From assembly GCA_029856055.1 (NCBI GenBank), contig JAHQWF010000004.1, positions 1 through 37,646 on the forward strand: a DNA stretch of 37,646 bases. The letters are read 5' to 3'. The stretch is from Candidatus Njordarchaeota archaeon (GTDB lineage Archaea > Asgardarchaeota > Njordarchaeia > Njordarchaeales > Njordarchaeaceae). The position numbers and the translations under genes are program-made. This document shows, piece after piece, positions 1 to 8,490 of the stretch. The notes under the pieces are model-generated. The model did no database searches and was not told the origin of the DNA. It worked only from the letters and a program-made list of their open reading frames with translations. Numbering within the stretch: position 1 is the first letter of the stretch; every line of letters begins with the position of its first letter.

Positions 1-268
1 GGGTTCGTCTCTATGTTTTGGAGCCTTGGGAGGCTCTGGAAGGCATTGAATTCGTACTTTTTAGCTACCAACCGAAAAAGTTATAAGAGCGTTATTTTTT
101 GTGACAAGGTCTTCTAACGACATTATTCTATAACTAATTAGTTTAGTTATAATTATGTTTTTATTTCTGAGTTATTTCGTATTATTATTGATTGTTATTT
201 GTTATTTTTTATTTGCAGGTGTTTTCTTTGTCTAGGAGGAGGCTTCACGCCTTTTCAAGGAAATTCAT

Positions 269-727
269 TTGTTGAAGTGGTTTGATGAACATTATTACTC
301 TACTCTATTTGCTGGCTTAGTATTCTCATTAATCATCTCACTAGGACCCATATTTATTACTCCTATCGGCTTGTGGTTTCTAATATCTATTTTCCCAAGC
401 GATCTATTCAGGAAGAAGATACTGGATCACGATAAAATCGCTATTGCCCTTCAACTACTCTTCCTAGCTGTGATAGCTTTAGCTAACTTGATAATTATTC
501 TTGATACATACTTCTCTTATGGTCTAAATGAGATTATCACGAGCTACCTCATGTTCCCGATAATGCTGTTATCGACAATTGGAGTTTTTATAGGTGTCAT
601 TCCTCTAATGTACATTACCTCTTTAATGGGGTTGGAACCAACCATAATCGCTCCAATAATCTTCATAATTACATTGATTTGTATAGTAGTGTTAATAATT
701 CACAATTTTTCGTGCAAGAATAACTGA
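269..727 (+). CDS. small integral membrane protein, family unknown
   Basis: TTG-start ORF of 152 aa with about four long hydrophobic helices (STLFAGLVFSLIISLGPIFI, IALQLLFLAVIALANLIIIL, FPIMLLSTIGVFIGVIPLMYI, IIAPIIFIITLICIVVLII). No catalytic motif recognised. Confidence 0.5.
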   Translation: MLKWFDEHYYSTLFAGLVFSLIISLGPIFITPIGLWFLISIFPSDLFRKKILDHDKIAIALQLLFLAVIALANLIIILDTYFSYGLNEIITSYLMFPIMLLSTIGVFIGVIPLMYITSLMGLEPTIIAPIIFIITLICIVVLIIHNFSCKNN

Positions 728-864
728 GCTCTTACACGCTGCTCCTGCATGGTTCTAGTTGGTGGTTTAGTCTGAGCTTGGTTAGACATTTGCACGAAAT
801 CTTAGGTATTTATTGCAATATATTTAAATGGTTTAGTTTGTCATTTAGTTTTATTCTCATTAAT

Positions 865-878
865 CTTTAAATAAAATT
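865..878 (+). promoter_or_regulatory. TATA-box-like element upstream of the uS7 gene
   Basis: CTTTAAATAAAATT lies about 70 nt upstream of the ATG at 946. A GAGGAG Shine-Dalgarno-like element sits at 934-939. Confidence 0.3.
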
Positions 879-945
879 ATAGTGAATTGTGTAGTAATTT
901 AGGTTTAGGAATCTAGATTAATTTGATTCACTAGAGGAGAGTATC

Positions 946-1596
946 ATGTCTGCAAATGAGAGGGAGGCCTCAAAGGAAGCTGGGGGGTCCGAGACAAGCT
1001 TAGTTCCCGCACTTAAGTTATTTGGAAAATGGAGTTATGAAGGCGTCACTGTTAGGGATCCCGGTTTGCGTGCATACATCAACTTGAAACCCGTTTACTT
1101 GCCTCACACTTTTGGTCGGCATGAAAAAACTCGTTTTAGCAAGGCTAATGTTCCTATCGTAGAAAGATTAGTAAACAGATTATTGTCTCCGGGTAGGGAA
1201 AAAGGCACGAAGAAAACTGGTTCTATGGGTGGCAAGAAATTCTCGGCTCTAAAGATAGTGAAGCAAGCTTTTGAGATTATTGAGAGAAGAACTGGGAAAA
1301 ATCCAATACAAGTCTTAGTTAGAGCTCTTGAGAATGCTGCGCCTAGGGAGGAAACTGTTGAGATTCGCCAAGGCGGTGTAGTTAGAAGATATGCTGTTGA
1401 TATATCACCTCAACGTAGATTAGACTTAGCTCTGAAATTTGTAGTTTCTGGTGCTAGGCGTCGAGCAGTTTCATCTCCTCTATCTATTGCCGAATGTCTT
1501 GCTGAAGAGCTTATACATGCTTCTAGGAATAGCCCTGATAGCTACGCTATTAAGAAGAAGCTAGAGATAGAGAGGATAGCGGAGGCCTCGAGATAG
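946..1596 (+). CDS. rps7: 30S ribosomal protein uS7 (S5e type)
   Basis: 216 aa with typical archaeal uS7 stretches (KIVKQAFEIIERRTGKNPIQVLVRALENAAPREE and RRYAVDISPQRRLDLALKFV). SD-like GAGGAG lies upstream. Confidence 0.95.
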   Translation: MSANEREASKEAGGSETSLVPALKLFGKWSYEGVTVRDPGLRAYINLKPVYLPHTFGRHEKTRFSKANVPIVERLVNRLLSPGREKGTKKTGSMGGKKFSALKIVKQAFEIIERRTGKNPIQVLVRALENAAPREETVEIRQGGVVRRYAVDISPQRRLDLALKFVVSGARRRAVSSPLSIAECLAEELIHASRNSPDSYAIKKKLEIERIAEASR

Positions 1597-1597
1597 C

Positions 1598-2482
1598 ATG
1601 CAATTATATTTGCGATGGGATGGTAGATCTAAAACCTATGTTTTTTATATTTATCGTTCCATGAATGACAGGATGTTTGATGAATCGCCTAGTAGACCTT
1701 GTAAATTTTGCTTAAAGAAGCACTCTCCCGGAGAAATTGTTCCTTCTAAGATATTTTTTATGAATGATCGCTTAATTCCTATGAGAGGTTTTTTTTCGGC
1801 TTTAAGTAGTTTTGAGCGAGCTATATTGCCCATCCCTGTTATAGAAAAAGCAGTGATTCTAGATAGAGATCACACAGATATTACAGAGTTAAGTCGTAGT
1901 AAGCTTCTTAAAGGTATCATCACAGCTTTAAATGAGGCAAAAAAACTAGTGACTCAAGATTTTAATAGGATTATTCTTGCATTTCAGTCGAAGATAATTA
2001 GTCATGGAACGTTATCTCACCCTCAGATAAGATTATTTGCTTTGAAGATACCAGAGTTAATTAATACACTTAATATTCCTTCAGGAATTAAGAGAGAGGA
2101 TATTTTATTAAGATCCCGTTTTCATGCCTTAATATCTCAGTTCATTCGTGAAAAGAAGGTTGATCTATTAATCACTAGCGATAAATTAAGCTTTCTCAGC
2201 TTGCAATCTTACACTGATGAAAAAACACAAGATTTTGTTGATCTTATAATTAAAAGCATGACGTTAATAAGTAACGATCCATTCATCGGTATTTTAAATA
2301 TAATTAATGAAAAGTTTTATGTACGTCTAATTAATTATAGTAATAAGATAATGAGTGAAATTCCTGTAATATTTTTTAATATAGCTGGTCTTAGAGCCGC
2401 GTCGGTAGATCTTGATGAATCTGACTTAGTTTTAAAAGAGAATGTGAGCGATTTGAAGAATGTTGGTGGCCACGTTGAGTAA
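1598..2482 (+). CDS. hypothetical protein, no recognisable motif, possibly roadblock/longin-like C-terminal part
   Basis: 294-aa ORF whose ATG is 1 nt after the uS7 stop. Alternative ATGs at 1661 and 1673 lie just downstream of a TTTTTATATTTAT element. No P-loop or other catalytic motif. It overlaps the next ORF by 23 nt. Confidence 0.5.
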   Translation: MQLYLRWDGRSKTYVFYIYRSMNDRMFDESPSRPCKFCLKKHSPGEIVPSKIFFMNDRLIPMRGFFSALSSFERAILPIPVIEKAVILDRDHTDITELSRSKLLKGIITALNEAKKLVTQDFNRIILAFQSKIISHGTLSHPQIRLFALKIPELINTLNIPSGIKREDILLRSRFHALISQFIREKKVDLLITSDKLSFLSLQSYTDEKTQDFVDLIIKSMTLISNDPFIGILNIINEKFYVRLINYSNKIMSEIPVIFFNIAGLRAASVDLDESDLVLKENVSDLKNVGGHVE

Positions 2483-2771
2483 ACCCTCTCTCAACGACTT
2501 AATCATGAAGTTAAGTAATCTTGTTAAAAATAGTTTAGCGACTATGATAATTGATTATGAGGGTTTGGTGATCCATTCTACCGTGCCAGAGACAGAGAAC
2601 ATCAGTTTGTTAGCTGTATTTGTTAGAGAAATAGTTAGTAGGATTCTAAGCATGATTGATTTATTTGGTGCTAGTAAGATAAACACCGTGGTTATTAGGG
2701 TTGATGGTTACGCATTTCACATTTTTCCTCTAGAAAAAATAATTGGTGTAGTGATTGCGAAAAGAGGCTAG
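2460..2771 (+). CDS. Roadblock/LC7 (MglB-like) domain protein
   Basis: 103 aa that aligns by eye over its whole length with the Roadblock/LC7 pattern (ATMIIDYEGLVIHS, acidic loop, helix LLAVFVREIVSRILSMIDL, NTVVIRVDGYAFHIFPLEKIIGVVIAKRG). The start could instead be the ATG at 2505. Confidence 0.75.
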   Translation: MLVATLSKPSLNDLIMKLSNLVKNSLATMIIDYEGLVIHSTVPETENISLLAVFVREIVSRILSMIDLFGASKINTVVIRVDGYAFHIFPLEKIIGVVIAKRG

Positions 2772-3673
2772 ATCTTGACTTTTATGGCGTTGTATGGGCA
2801 GACATCAAGACACATTAAGCAGGTTGTGCACAATGGATTATCTATATTTTTACCGATATAATCCATTACGTTTATTCCCATTGGGCATACTCTCGTGCAC
2901 TTACCGCATTGAGCTCCAAGACACATTTTTGGATCAACATAGACCTTCATTAACTTGTATTTGGCTCCTATCCCCATTAATCCTCCTAGGGGGCATATCC
3001 ATCTACACCACCAGCGAGGGATATAATAGTTAACTAGTATTGCTAAAACTAGAACGATTATCCTGAACCAGAAGTAAGGTGAGTAATTTATTAGGTTAGA
3101 GATAGCTTCAATATTTGTGGGATATAATCTCCAATAAAAGTACCAGAAGAGTAAACTGAACATTATTGTTGATGGCTCGATGATTGATGATGGCTCTCTA
3201 TAAAACTCTCCAAAATATGAATATATACTTTGACCTATTGCTTGATTATATGCTATAGAAAAATCTATGAATAGAAAGAATAAAGCAATGTATACAGAGA
3301 GCTTGAATAAGCTCTGATTTGTTTTCCTAGGGACCCATTTCTTTTTACCGATGTAAGAGACTACGTCGCTTATGAACCCGAAAGGGCAAACCCATGCACA
3401 AAAAGTTCTACCTATTGTGATTGAACCTAATAATATGATTACTAAGGCTATAAAAGGGAAAATTGCGGCTGTTAACAGCAACTCCATTAATTGCCATGCA
3501 CCCATTACTGTTGTGTAAGGATTACCTGCTGGTGCCATTATCGGAAGAACTATAAATGATGCTGCGAAACCAAAAGCCCCTCCGAATATTAGGAGGAATG
3601 ATATTATCTGGATAGCTGTTCTGATTATCGTTATTCTGCATCTCAAGACACTTTTTTTGTCGTCTTTTACCAT
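2768..3673 (-). CDS. membrane-bound polyferredoxin, NapH/MauN-like 4Fe-4S binding protein
   Basis: 301 aa with multiple TM helices and two membrane-proximal CxxCP motifs (CAWVCPFG, CRWICPLG). The C-terminus carries two ferredoxin motifs (CGKCTRVCP, CLMCLDVCP). GGGGTGA lies upstream of the ATG. Confidence 0.8.
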   Translation of the reverse strand: MVKDDKKSVLRCRITIIRTAIQIISFLLIFGGAFGFAASFIVLPIMAPAGNPYTTVMGAWQLMELLLTAAIFPFIALVIILLGSITIGRTFCAWVCPFGFISDVVSYIGKKKWVPRKTNQSLFKLSVYIALFFLFIDFSIAYNQAIGQSIYSYFGEFYREPSSIIEPSTIMFSLLFWYFYWRLYPTNIEAISNLINYSPYFWFRIIVLVLAILVNYYIPRWWCRWICPLGGLMGIGAKYKLMKVYVDPKMCLGAQCGKCTRVCPMGINVMDYIGKNIDNPLCTTCLMCLDVCPYNAIKVKI

Positions 3674-3683
3674 CTTTTCACCC

Positions 3684-3839
3684 CTAGATTAATTTGGGTA
3701 ATCCGCCATTTTCGTACTCTATGAATTTCGTTAAAAAATCCTTAATAGTCTCCCATTGCTTAAGCTCATACGTATAAATCATGAATAGTATGATTAAAAT
3801 CAAATAGAGAGCCCTAATAGACCATTTCCTGTAGTTCAT
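3684..3839 (-). CDS. small (51 aa) single-pass membrane protein, unannotated in the ORF track
   Basis: My translation is MNYRKWSIRALYLILIILFMIYTYELKQWETIKDFLTKFIEYENGGLPKLI*. It has one hydrophobic helix and fills the gap between the 339-aa ORF and the polyferredoxin gene on the same strand. Confidence 0.4.
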   Translation of the reverse strand: MNYRKWSIRALYLILIILFMIYTYELKQWETIKDFLTKFIEYENGGLPKLI

Positions 3840-3859
3840 TCCAAATCACTTTCCATTGC

Positions 3860-4879
3860 CTATCTTGGGAGCAATCTCTTCATTACTTCCCAACCATAAT
3901 TTATGAACCGATTTTTTAATTCTTTTAGTGTTATAAGTGTTTCACCTAGATCAATTGAGGCAATCTCGAATACACTTTCGATACCTGGTTCATATCCCAT
4001 TAAACCAGGTACATCAATATTATCGCTTTCTAAAAGCCTTTCGTACCTATCCTTAGTGACTAAAATCTTGTTAAAGTAATCTGGTAGTGCTGATATCATG
4101 CTTATATTTTTGGGATCATCTAGTTCCGTCATGCTTCTGATCGCTTTTAAAAATATTTCGAAAACACTTAAGTTCTCGTACATAATTCGTGTATATATTC
4201 TCTTTAACCTAGCCGCGTCTTCTGGATCATATAGATTATAATCAAGCGCTATAGTCGTTAGATATTTGCGGTAATGCGATGAGAACTTGCCGTAAGTTAG
4301 GGGCGGGCTTCTCCTCGCTTTCTCCAGAATATGTTTAGGTAATAGTACTCCATGTACATGTGTGTAATGCGTAACAAAATCCTTCATATCTTTCAGATAG
4401 AATTTACAGTAATAGATTCCTGGACCTATCAAAGTAATGTTCTCTTCTGATTGAATACCCCTCCATTCCTTCCCTGTTGATGAAAGTATTATTAGTTTGT
4501 CTTCCTCTATCTTCTCTATCTCTCTACCTTTAAAAGTACCCATCCATGTTGATCCTATCAGTTCCTTCCAGTTATTCAAAATAATAATTCTTATGCCTGC
4601 TACTTCCTTACTTACAATCTCTAACATCTCGTCATCAATTTCCATAATCATCCTATCTATCATCGGCAATAAACGCGAAACCATTAAATCCTCTTCTTCC
4701 TGAGCAACTTCGCTAAAGAACCATTCGATTTCATCCGGCATTAAACCATAGTCTTCAATGAGTATCTCTTTATTCGAGATATTTTGTGAGAAAGCATCTC
4801 TAAGGACTTCTAGCACATGTCGTCTATTACTCAGTGCTAATAACTTCTCAACGCGCTGATCCCCATTCATATCGCACAC
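3860..4879 (-). CDS. hypothetical cytoplasmic protein (339 aa)
   Basis: Long ORF with an acidic helical N-terminal part. It contains a single-Cys, His-rich stretch (YYCKFYLKDMKDFVTHYTHVH) resembling a degenerate C2H2 finger. No family recognised. Confidence 0.55.
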   Translation of the reverse strand: MCDMNGDQRVEKLLALSNRRHVLEVLRDAFSQNISNKEILIEDYGLMPDEIEWFFSEVAQEEEDLMVSRLLPMIDRMIMEIDDEMLEIVSKEVAGIRIIILNNWKELIGSTWMGTFKGREIEKIEEDKLIILSSTGKEWRGIQSEENITLIGPGIYYCKFYLKDMKDFVTHYTHVHGVLLPKHILEKARRSPPLTYGKFSSHYRKYLTTIALDYNLYDPEDAARLKRIYTRIMYENLSVFEIFLKAIRSMTELDDPKNISMISALPDYFNKILVTKDRYERLLESDNIDVPGLMGYEPGIESVFEIASIDLGETLITLKELKNRFINYGWEVMKRLLPR

Positions 4880-5011
4880 TGTCTAAAAACATTTACTAGT
4901 CTTAAGATTTTTTCTTAAAATTTAAATTGTTATCTTACTATGATTGCCTCTGTATAATGGTTAGATCAAGAACCATGTTTGAGAACGAAATTACATGACT
5001 TAAACTTAATA

Positions 5012-5020
5012 TTTTATAAA
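5012..5020 (+). promoter_or_regulatory. TATA-box-like element upstream of the uL3-uL4-uL23 operon
   Basis: TTTTATAAA lies 40-80 nt upstream of the candidate uL3 starts (5060 or 5090). Confidence 0.3.
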
Positions 5021-5089
5021 TGATTTTAATTGGACTATTTGTCTAAAAGTTAGCTTATAATGATTAATGGACTAAGTGGTGATACTGCA

Positions 5090-6124
5090 ATGCCAAAATA
5101 CCATGCTCCTAGGAAAGGTTCGCTGGGATTCGTCAGAAAGAGAGCTAGCAGAATTTATCCCCGGATATCTACCTGGCCAAAGATAGGTGCCGTAAAGCCA
5201 TTAGGGTTCCCAGTTTATAAGGTAGGTATGTTATCTGTCCAAGAGATATACGAGAGACCCGGTAGCATGTTTCATGGAATAAAGAGAGTGATCGCTGCAA
5301 CGGCATTAGAAGCACCTCCCGTCAGGGTTCTAGGTATCAGAGCCTATAGGTTAACCCCATATGGATACGTGACTTTACATGAAATCTGGATCAATTCTCT
5401 CACGGATTTCGAGAAAAAATATCTCTCTAGGAAAGTAACATTGCCTAAGAAAGTGGATGATCAGACATTCAATAAGAGGAAAGAAACATTACTTAACTTA
5501 GCTGATAATGGAGAAATAGATGGAGTTAGGTTAATCATCAGAACTAGACCCGAATTAACTGGAATTGGGAAGAAGAAACCCGAGATACTTGAGATAGAAG
5601 TAGGAGGACAGATCACTGATGCAACTAAGTATGCAGTGGATATGCTCGGAAATGAAATAAATATAAATGATGTTTTTTCTCCTGGCGAATACGTTGATGT
5701 TATCGGCGTAACTAAGGGAAGAGGCTTCCAAGGTGTTGTTAAGAGATTTGGTGTGAAAGTCTTACCGCCTAAAAAGAAAAAGACTAAAAGAGCTGTGGGG
5801 TCATTGGGACCGTGGACTCCTAGCCGAGTTATGTGGACGGTTCCAAGATACGGTCAATTTGGCTTCTTTAAACGCACCGAATACAATAAACAGATATTAG
5901 CTATACTTAATGAGAAAAAAGCGAAAGACCTAAACCCAAGCGGAGGATGGATAAGATATGGTTTGATATATAATAGTGCAATTATACTTCGGGGCTCTGT
6001 ACAGGGACCACCTAAACGGATGCTGGTGCTTAGGCATCCAATAAGACCTAGCAGAAAACCGCATAAACCGACCATACTTGGTGTTTTTTACTCCAAGGAG
6101 AAATTAAATGTGACATTAGGTTAG
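5090..6124 (+). CDS. rpl3: 50S ribosomal protein uL3
   Basis: The ORF opens at 5060, but the ATG at 5090 is preceded by GGTGAT and gives the canonical N-terminus MPKYHAPRKGSLGF. GVTKGRGFQGVVKRFG and the YGQFGFFKRTEYNK motif are present. Confidence 0.95.
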   Translation: MPKYHAPRKGSLGFVRKRASRIYPRISTWPKIGAVKPLGFPVYKVGMLSVQEIYERPGSMFHGIKRVIAATALEAPPVRVLGIRAYRLTPYGYVTLHEIWINSLTDFEKKYLSRKVTLPKKVDDQTFNKRKETLLNLADNGEIDGVRLIIRTRPELTGIGKKKPEILEIEVGGQITDATKYAVDMLGNEININDVFSPGEYVDVIGVTKGRGFQGVVKRFGVKVLPPKKKKTKRAVGSLGPWTPSRVMWTVPRYGQFGFFKRTEYNKQILAILNEKKAKDLNPSGGWIRYGLIYNSAIILRGSVQGPPKRMLVLRHPIRPSRKPHKPTILGVFYSKEKLNVTLG

Positions 6125-6141
6125 GGTTCAGGTGACGTCTA

Positions 6142-6969
6142 ATGAAAACTGGTGTTTATGATATTTATGGAAATAGAATTGAGGAAATAGAGTTACCGGA
6201 GATCTTCAATTACCCAGTTAGACCCAATCTAATATTACGCGCATATCTAGCAATTTACTCTCGCAAGTTCCAGCCTAAGGGTAAGAGCCCGTCTGCTGGA
6301 AAGAAGTATGTTGTTGAGAGTCCAGGTACTGGGTATGATATGTCTAGAGTCTCTAGGATTGGAGGCGGATTTGGTACTGCTAGATTCATAGCCTTGGCTG
6401 TTGGTGGAAGAAGAGTAAGAGCTCCTAAGTCTGAGAAAGTGATAGTTGAGAAATTAAATAAGAAGGAGAAAATTAATGCACTGAAAAGCGCTATTGCCGC
6501 TACTGCTGATCCAGTGTTAGTTCAGATGCGGGGGCATAGGTTAGGTGATGTAAGAGAGCTACCTATCGTAGTATCCGACGATTTCGAGAAAATGACTCGG
6601 ACAAGAAATGTTATGAACACCCTAATAAACCTTGGTGTTGAGGAGGACTTGAATCGGGCGAAAGAAGGAAAGAGAATAAGAGCTGGAAAAGGAAAGATGC
6701 GGGGGAGAAAATACAAGAGGAAAAAAGGCCCACTGATAGTTGTTTCAAGCAGCGATATCCCATTAATAAAGGCAGCTAGGAACATTGAGGGCGTCGATGT
6801 TGTTCCCGTTGAAGAACTAAGTATCGTTCATCTAGCTCCTGGCGGGTTCCCTGCACGATTAACGATCTGGACTAAAAGTGCTCTTATCAAAATGCAAGAA
6901 AAAATTAATGAGACTTGGGAGAGATTAATAAGCAAGTATAAGAAAAATGTGGCGAAGGAAGCATTGTAA
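6142..6969 (+). CDS. rpl4: 50S ribosomal protein uL4
   Basis: 275 aa with the basic loop RAGKGKMRGRKYKRKKGPLIV typical of archaeal uL4. AGGTGA lies upstream and the gene immediately follows uL3. Confidence 0.93.
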   Translation: MKTGVYDIYGNRIEEIELPEIFNYPVRPNLILRAYLAIYSRKFQPKGKSPSAGKKYVVESPGTGYDMSRVSRIGGGFGTARFIALAVGGRRVRAPKSEKVIVEKLNKKEKINALKSAIAATADPVLVQMRGHRLGDVRELPIVVSDDFEKMTRTRNVMNTLINLGVEEDLNRAKEGKRIRAGKGKMRGRKYKRKKGPLIVVSSSDIPLIKAARNIEGVDVVPVEELSIVHLAPGGFPARLTIWTKSALIKMQEKINETWERLISKYKKNVAKEAL

Positions 6970-6981
6970 GGGGTGAATATA

Positions 6982-7275
6982 ATGAGTAAAGTTCCACCTA
7001 GAGTAGTTAATATTTCTGATCCAAGCAAGATAATTAAGAAGGCGGTAGTCACAGAGAAAGCAATTGATATGATGCAACGTGAAAACAGACTCGTATTTGA
7101 GGTTGATAGACGAGCAAATAAGCAAATGATTAAGCAAGCTGTAGAGAGACTTTTCGATGTAGAAGTCGTTAAGGTTAATACCATGATTACTCCAAGGGGC
7201 AAAAAGAAGGCGATCGTGAAACTAGCTGAAGAATACTCAGCTTTCGATATCGCCTCTAACCTCGGAATACTATAA
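6982..7275 (+). CDS. rpl23: 50S ribosomal protein uL23
   Basis: The ORF opens at 6973 (GTG), but the ATG at 6982 follows GGGGTGA. VVTEKAIDMMQRENRLVFEVDRRANKQMIKQAVERLFDVEVVKVNT matches the uL23 pattern. Confidence 0.92.
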   Translation: MSKVPPRVVNISDPSKIIKKAVVTEKAIDMMQRENRLVFEVDRRANKQMIKQAVERLFDVEVVKVNTMITPRGKKKAIVKLAEEYSAFDIASNLGIL

Positions 7276-7414
7276 TCTCTTTAAAACTATTTGAATATGA
7301 ATTTACTATTCTCTAGAGCATAATAATCCCCTATTCCGAAGAAAGGTCATTTAAAAACATTGATTATTAATTATGTTATTGAGCACATTCTTTGACTCGA
7401 GTTTGGGTGAATTT

Positions 7415-8473
7415 ATGAAGGGATCTATTGTCGTAGAGACATTACCCGGCTTATTAGAGTATGCTTCTATGGAACTTAAAAGGATATTTGGGAGGGATTC
7501 AGAACCTTTCTTGAATTCTGATAATATGCTTATTTTTGAGACAAATAATGTCACGTATGATTCCGTGCTTTTAACCTTGTTTAGCGAGACAACAAGAAAG
7601 TTTTATATGTTGTTGGGTTCTTGGGAACTCAAAGATGAATCTGATCTATATAGTGGTCCCCTTAATGTGAATTGGGATGCTCTCTTGCACGAAGATTTGT
7701 CTTTCGCTGTTAGACCGTTAGTAAAAGATAATGAACTAATTAAACTTATTGGTAAGCAAGTTGGACAAGCTATTATTGATTCTTACTATAAATCTAAGGG
7801 GAAGAGACTGCGTGTTAATTTATCTGAACCAGATATAGAGATTTATGCATGGATAAGGAATAGTAATCTAGTTTTAGGTTTGAATCTAAGTGGAGATGAA
7901 CTAAATGATGAGAAAACAATTTTAGCTAGGAGCACCTTATTAGCCTCCAATTGGAATGCCGAATCAAGTTTTAGTGAAATTATCTATGCGGGCATAAGTA
8001 CATCCGCACTGAGATTTGCGACAAATGAAGCTCTGAGAAGTAGATTAAGGTATGTATCTTTCATAAACTTACCTTTTGTCGATAAAAATCTGATTTTAGA
8101 ACTTGCCAGGAAAAATTGGAGAATTAATAGAGAAGTTAATGTGAGGTGCTATGAGGTTAAGGGTAGGATTAATTTAATAAAGCAGGTTAATCCAGAGTTA
8201 AGAAAAATAGCTCTTTATGATATCGAGGAATTAGCTGAATGCAATTCAATTTTCCTTGCATCGAATCTTATTACTTCCTTAGAGAAAAAGAATGAGCAGC
8301 TCTTATGGGCTAAGAAGATAGCTGATATATTAAATAGGAATGCGTCGTGGAAATATTTCACTATTCTGGCTAGGGATGACGTAGTAAGCCAAATTAATTT
8401 AAATGCTATTAAGGATGAAAAGAGTATAATTTTTAAAGGAATAAGAGCAAAGATGGTAAGATATATTCGATAA
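7415..8473 (+). CDS. THUMP-domain protein with degenerate methyltransferase-like C-terminal half
   Basis: The ATG at 7415 is preceded by GGTGA (ORF opens at 7373). The N-terminus VETLPGLLEYASMELKRIFG and the segment FAVRPLV...VNLSEPDIEIYAWIRNSNLVLGLNLSGDEL follow the THUMP / RNA methylase N-terminal pattern. Where SAM motif I (DPxCGSGT) and motif IV (NPPY) are expected, I read IIYAGISTSA and LASNLI. Confidence 0.55.
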   Translation: MKGSIVVETLPGLLEYASMELKRIFGRDSEPFLNSDNMLIFETNNVTYDSVLLTLFSETTRKFYMLLGSWELKDESDLYSGPLNVNWDALLHEDLSFAVRPLVKDNELIKLIGKQVGQAIIDSYYKSKGKRLRVNLSEPDIEIYAWIRNSNLVLGLNLSGDELNDEKTILARSTLLASNWNAESSFSEIIYAGISTSALRFATNEALRSRLRYVSFINLPFVDKNLILELARKNWRINREVNVRCYEVKGRINLIKQVNPELRKIALYDIEELAECNSIFLASNLITSLEKKNEQLLWAKKIADILNRNASWKYFTILARDDVVSQINLNAIKDEKSIIFKGIRAKMVRYIR

Positions 8474-8490
8474 TGTTATTTGGTGATCAT

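Noticed and set aside
1-62. The GC-richer first 60 nt contain a GAGCCT-TGGG-AGGCTC hairpin and end in an oligo-T. This could be the 3' end of a structured RNA or a tRNA T-arm (GGGTTCG).
   Set aside because: The sequence is truncated by the window edge. The TTCGTCT loop and flanks do not form a tRNA T-arm plus acceptor stem, so it cannot be classified from what is visible.
728-800. A roughly 70-nt GC-richer island with no ORF lies between the membrane protein gene and the uS7 promoter. It contains AGTTGGT, which resembles a tRNA D-loop.
   Set aside because: I could not build a cloverleaf or C/D or H/ACA box arrangement on either strand. It may just be a 3' UTR, and the evidence is too weak to call.
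4957-4976. An inverted repeat ATGGTT-N8-AACCAT lies in the divergent intergenic region upstream of uL3 and could be an operator.
   Set aside because: Only 6 bp per arm are present, and such a repeat is expected by chance in AT-rich spacers of this length. There are no additional copies in the window.
6522-7202. Minus-strand ORFs 6522-6785, 6828-7202 and 6925-7137 lie opposite uL4/uL23.
   Set aside because: They are entirely antisense to strongly supported ribosomal protein genes and have a low-complexity, Ser/Leu/Ile-rich composition typical of shadow ORFs.
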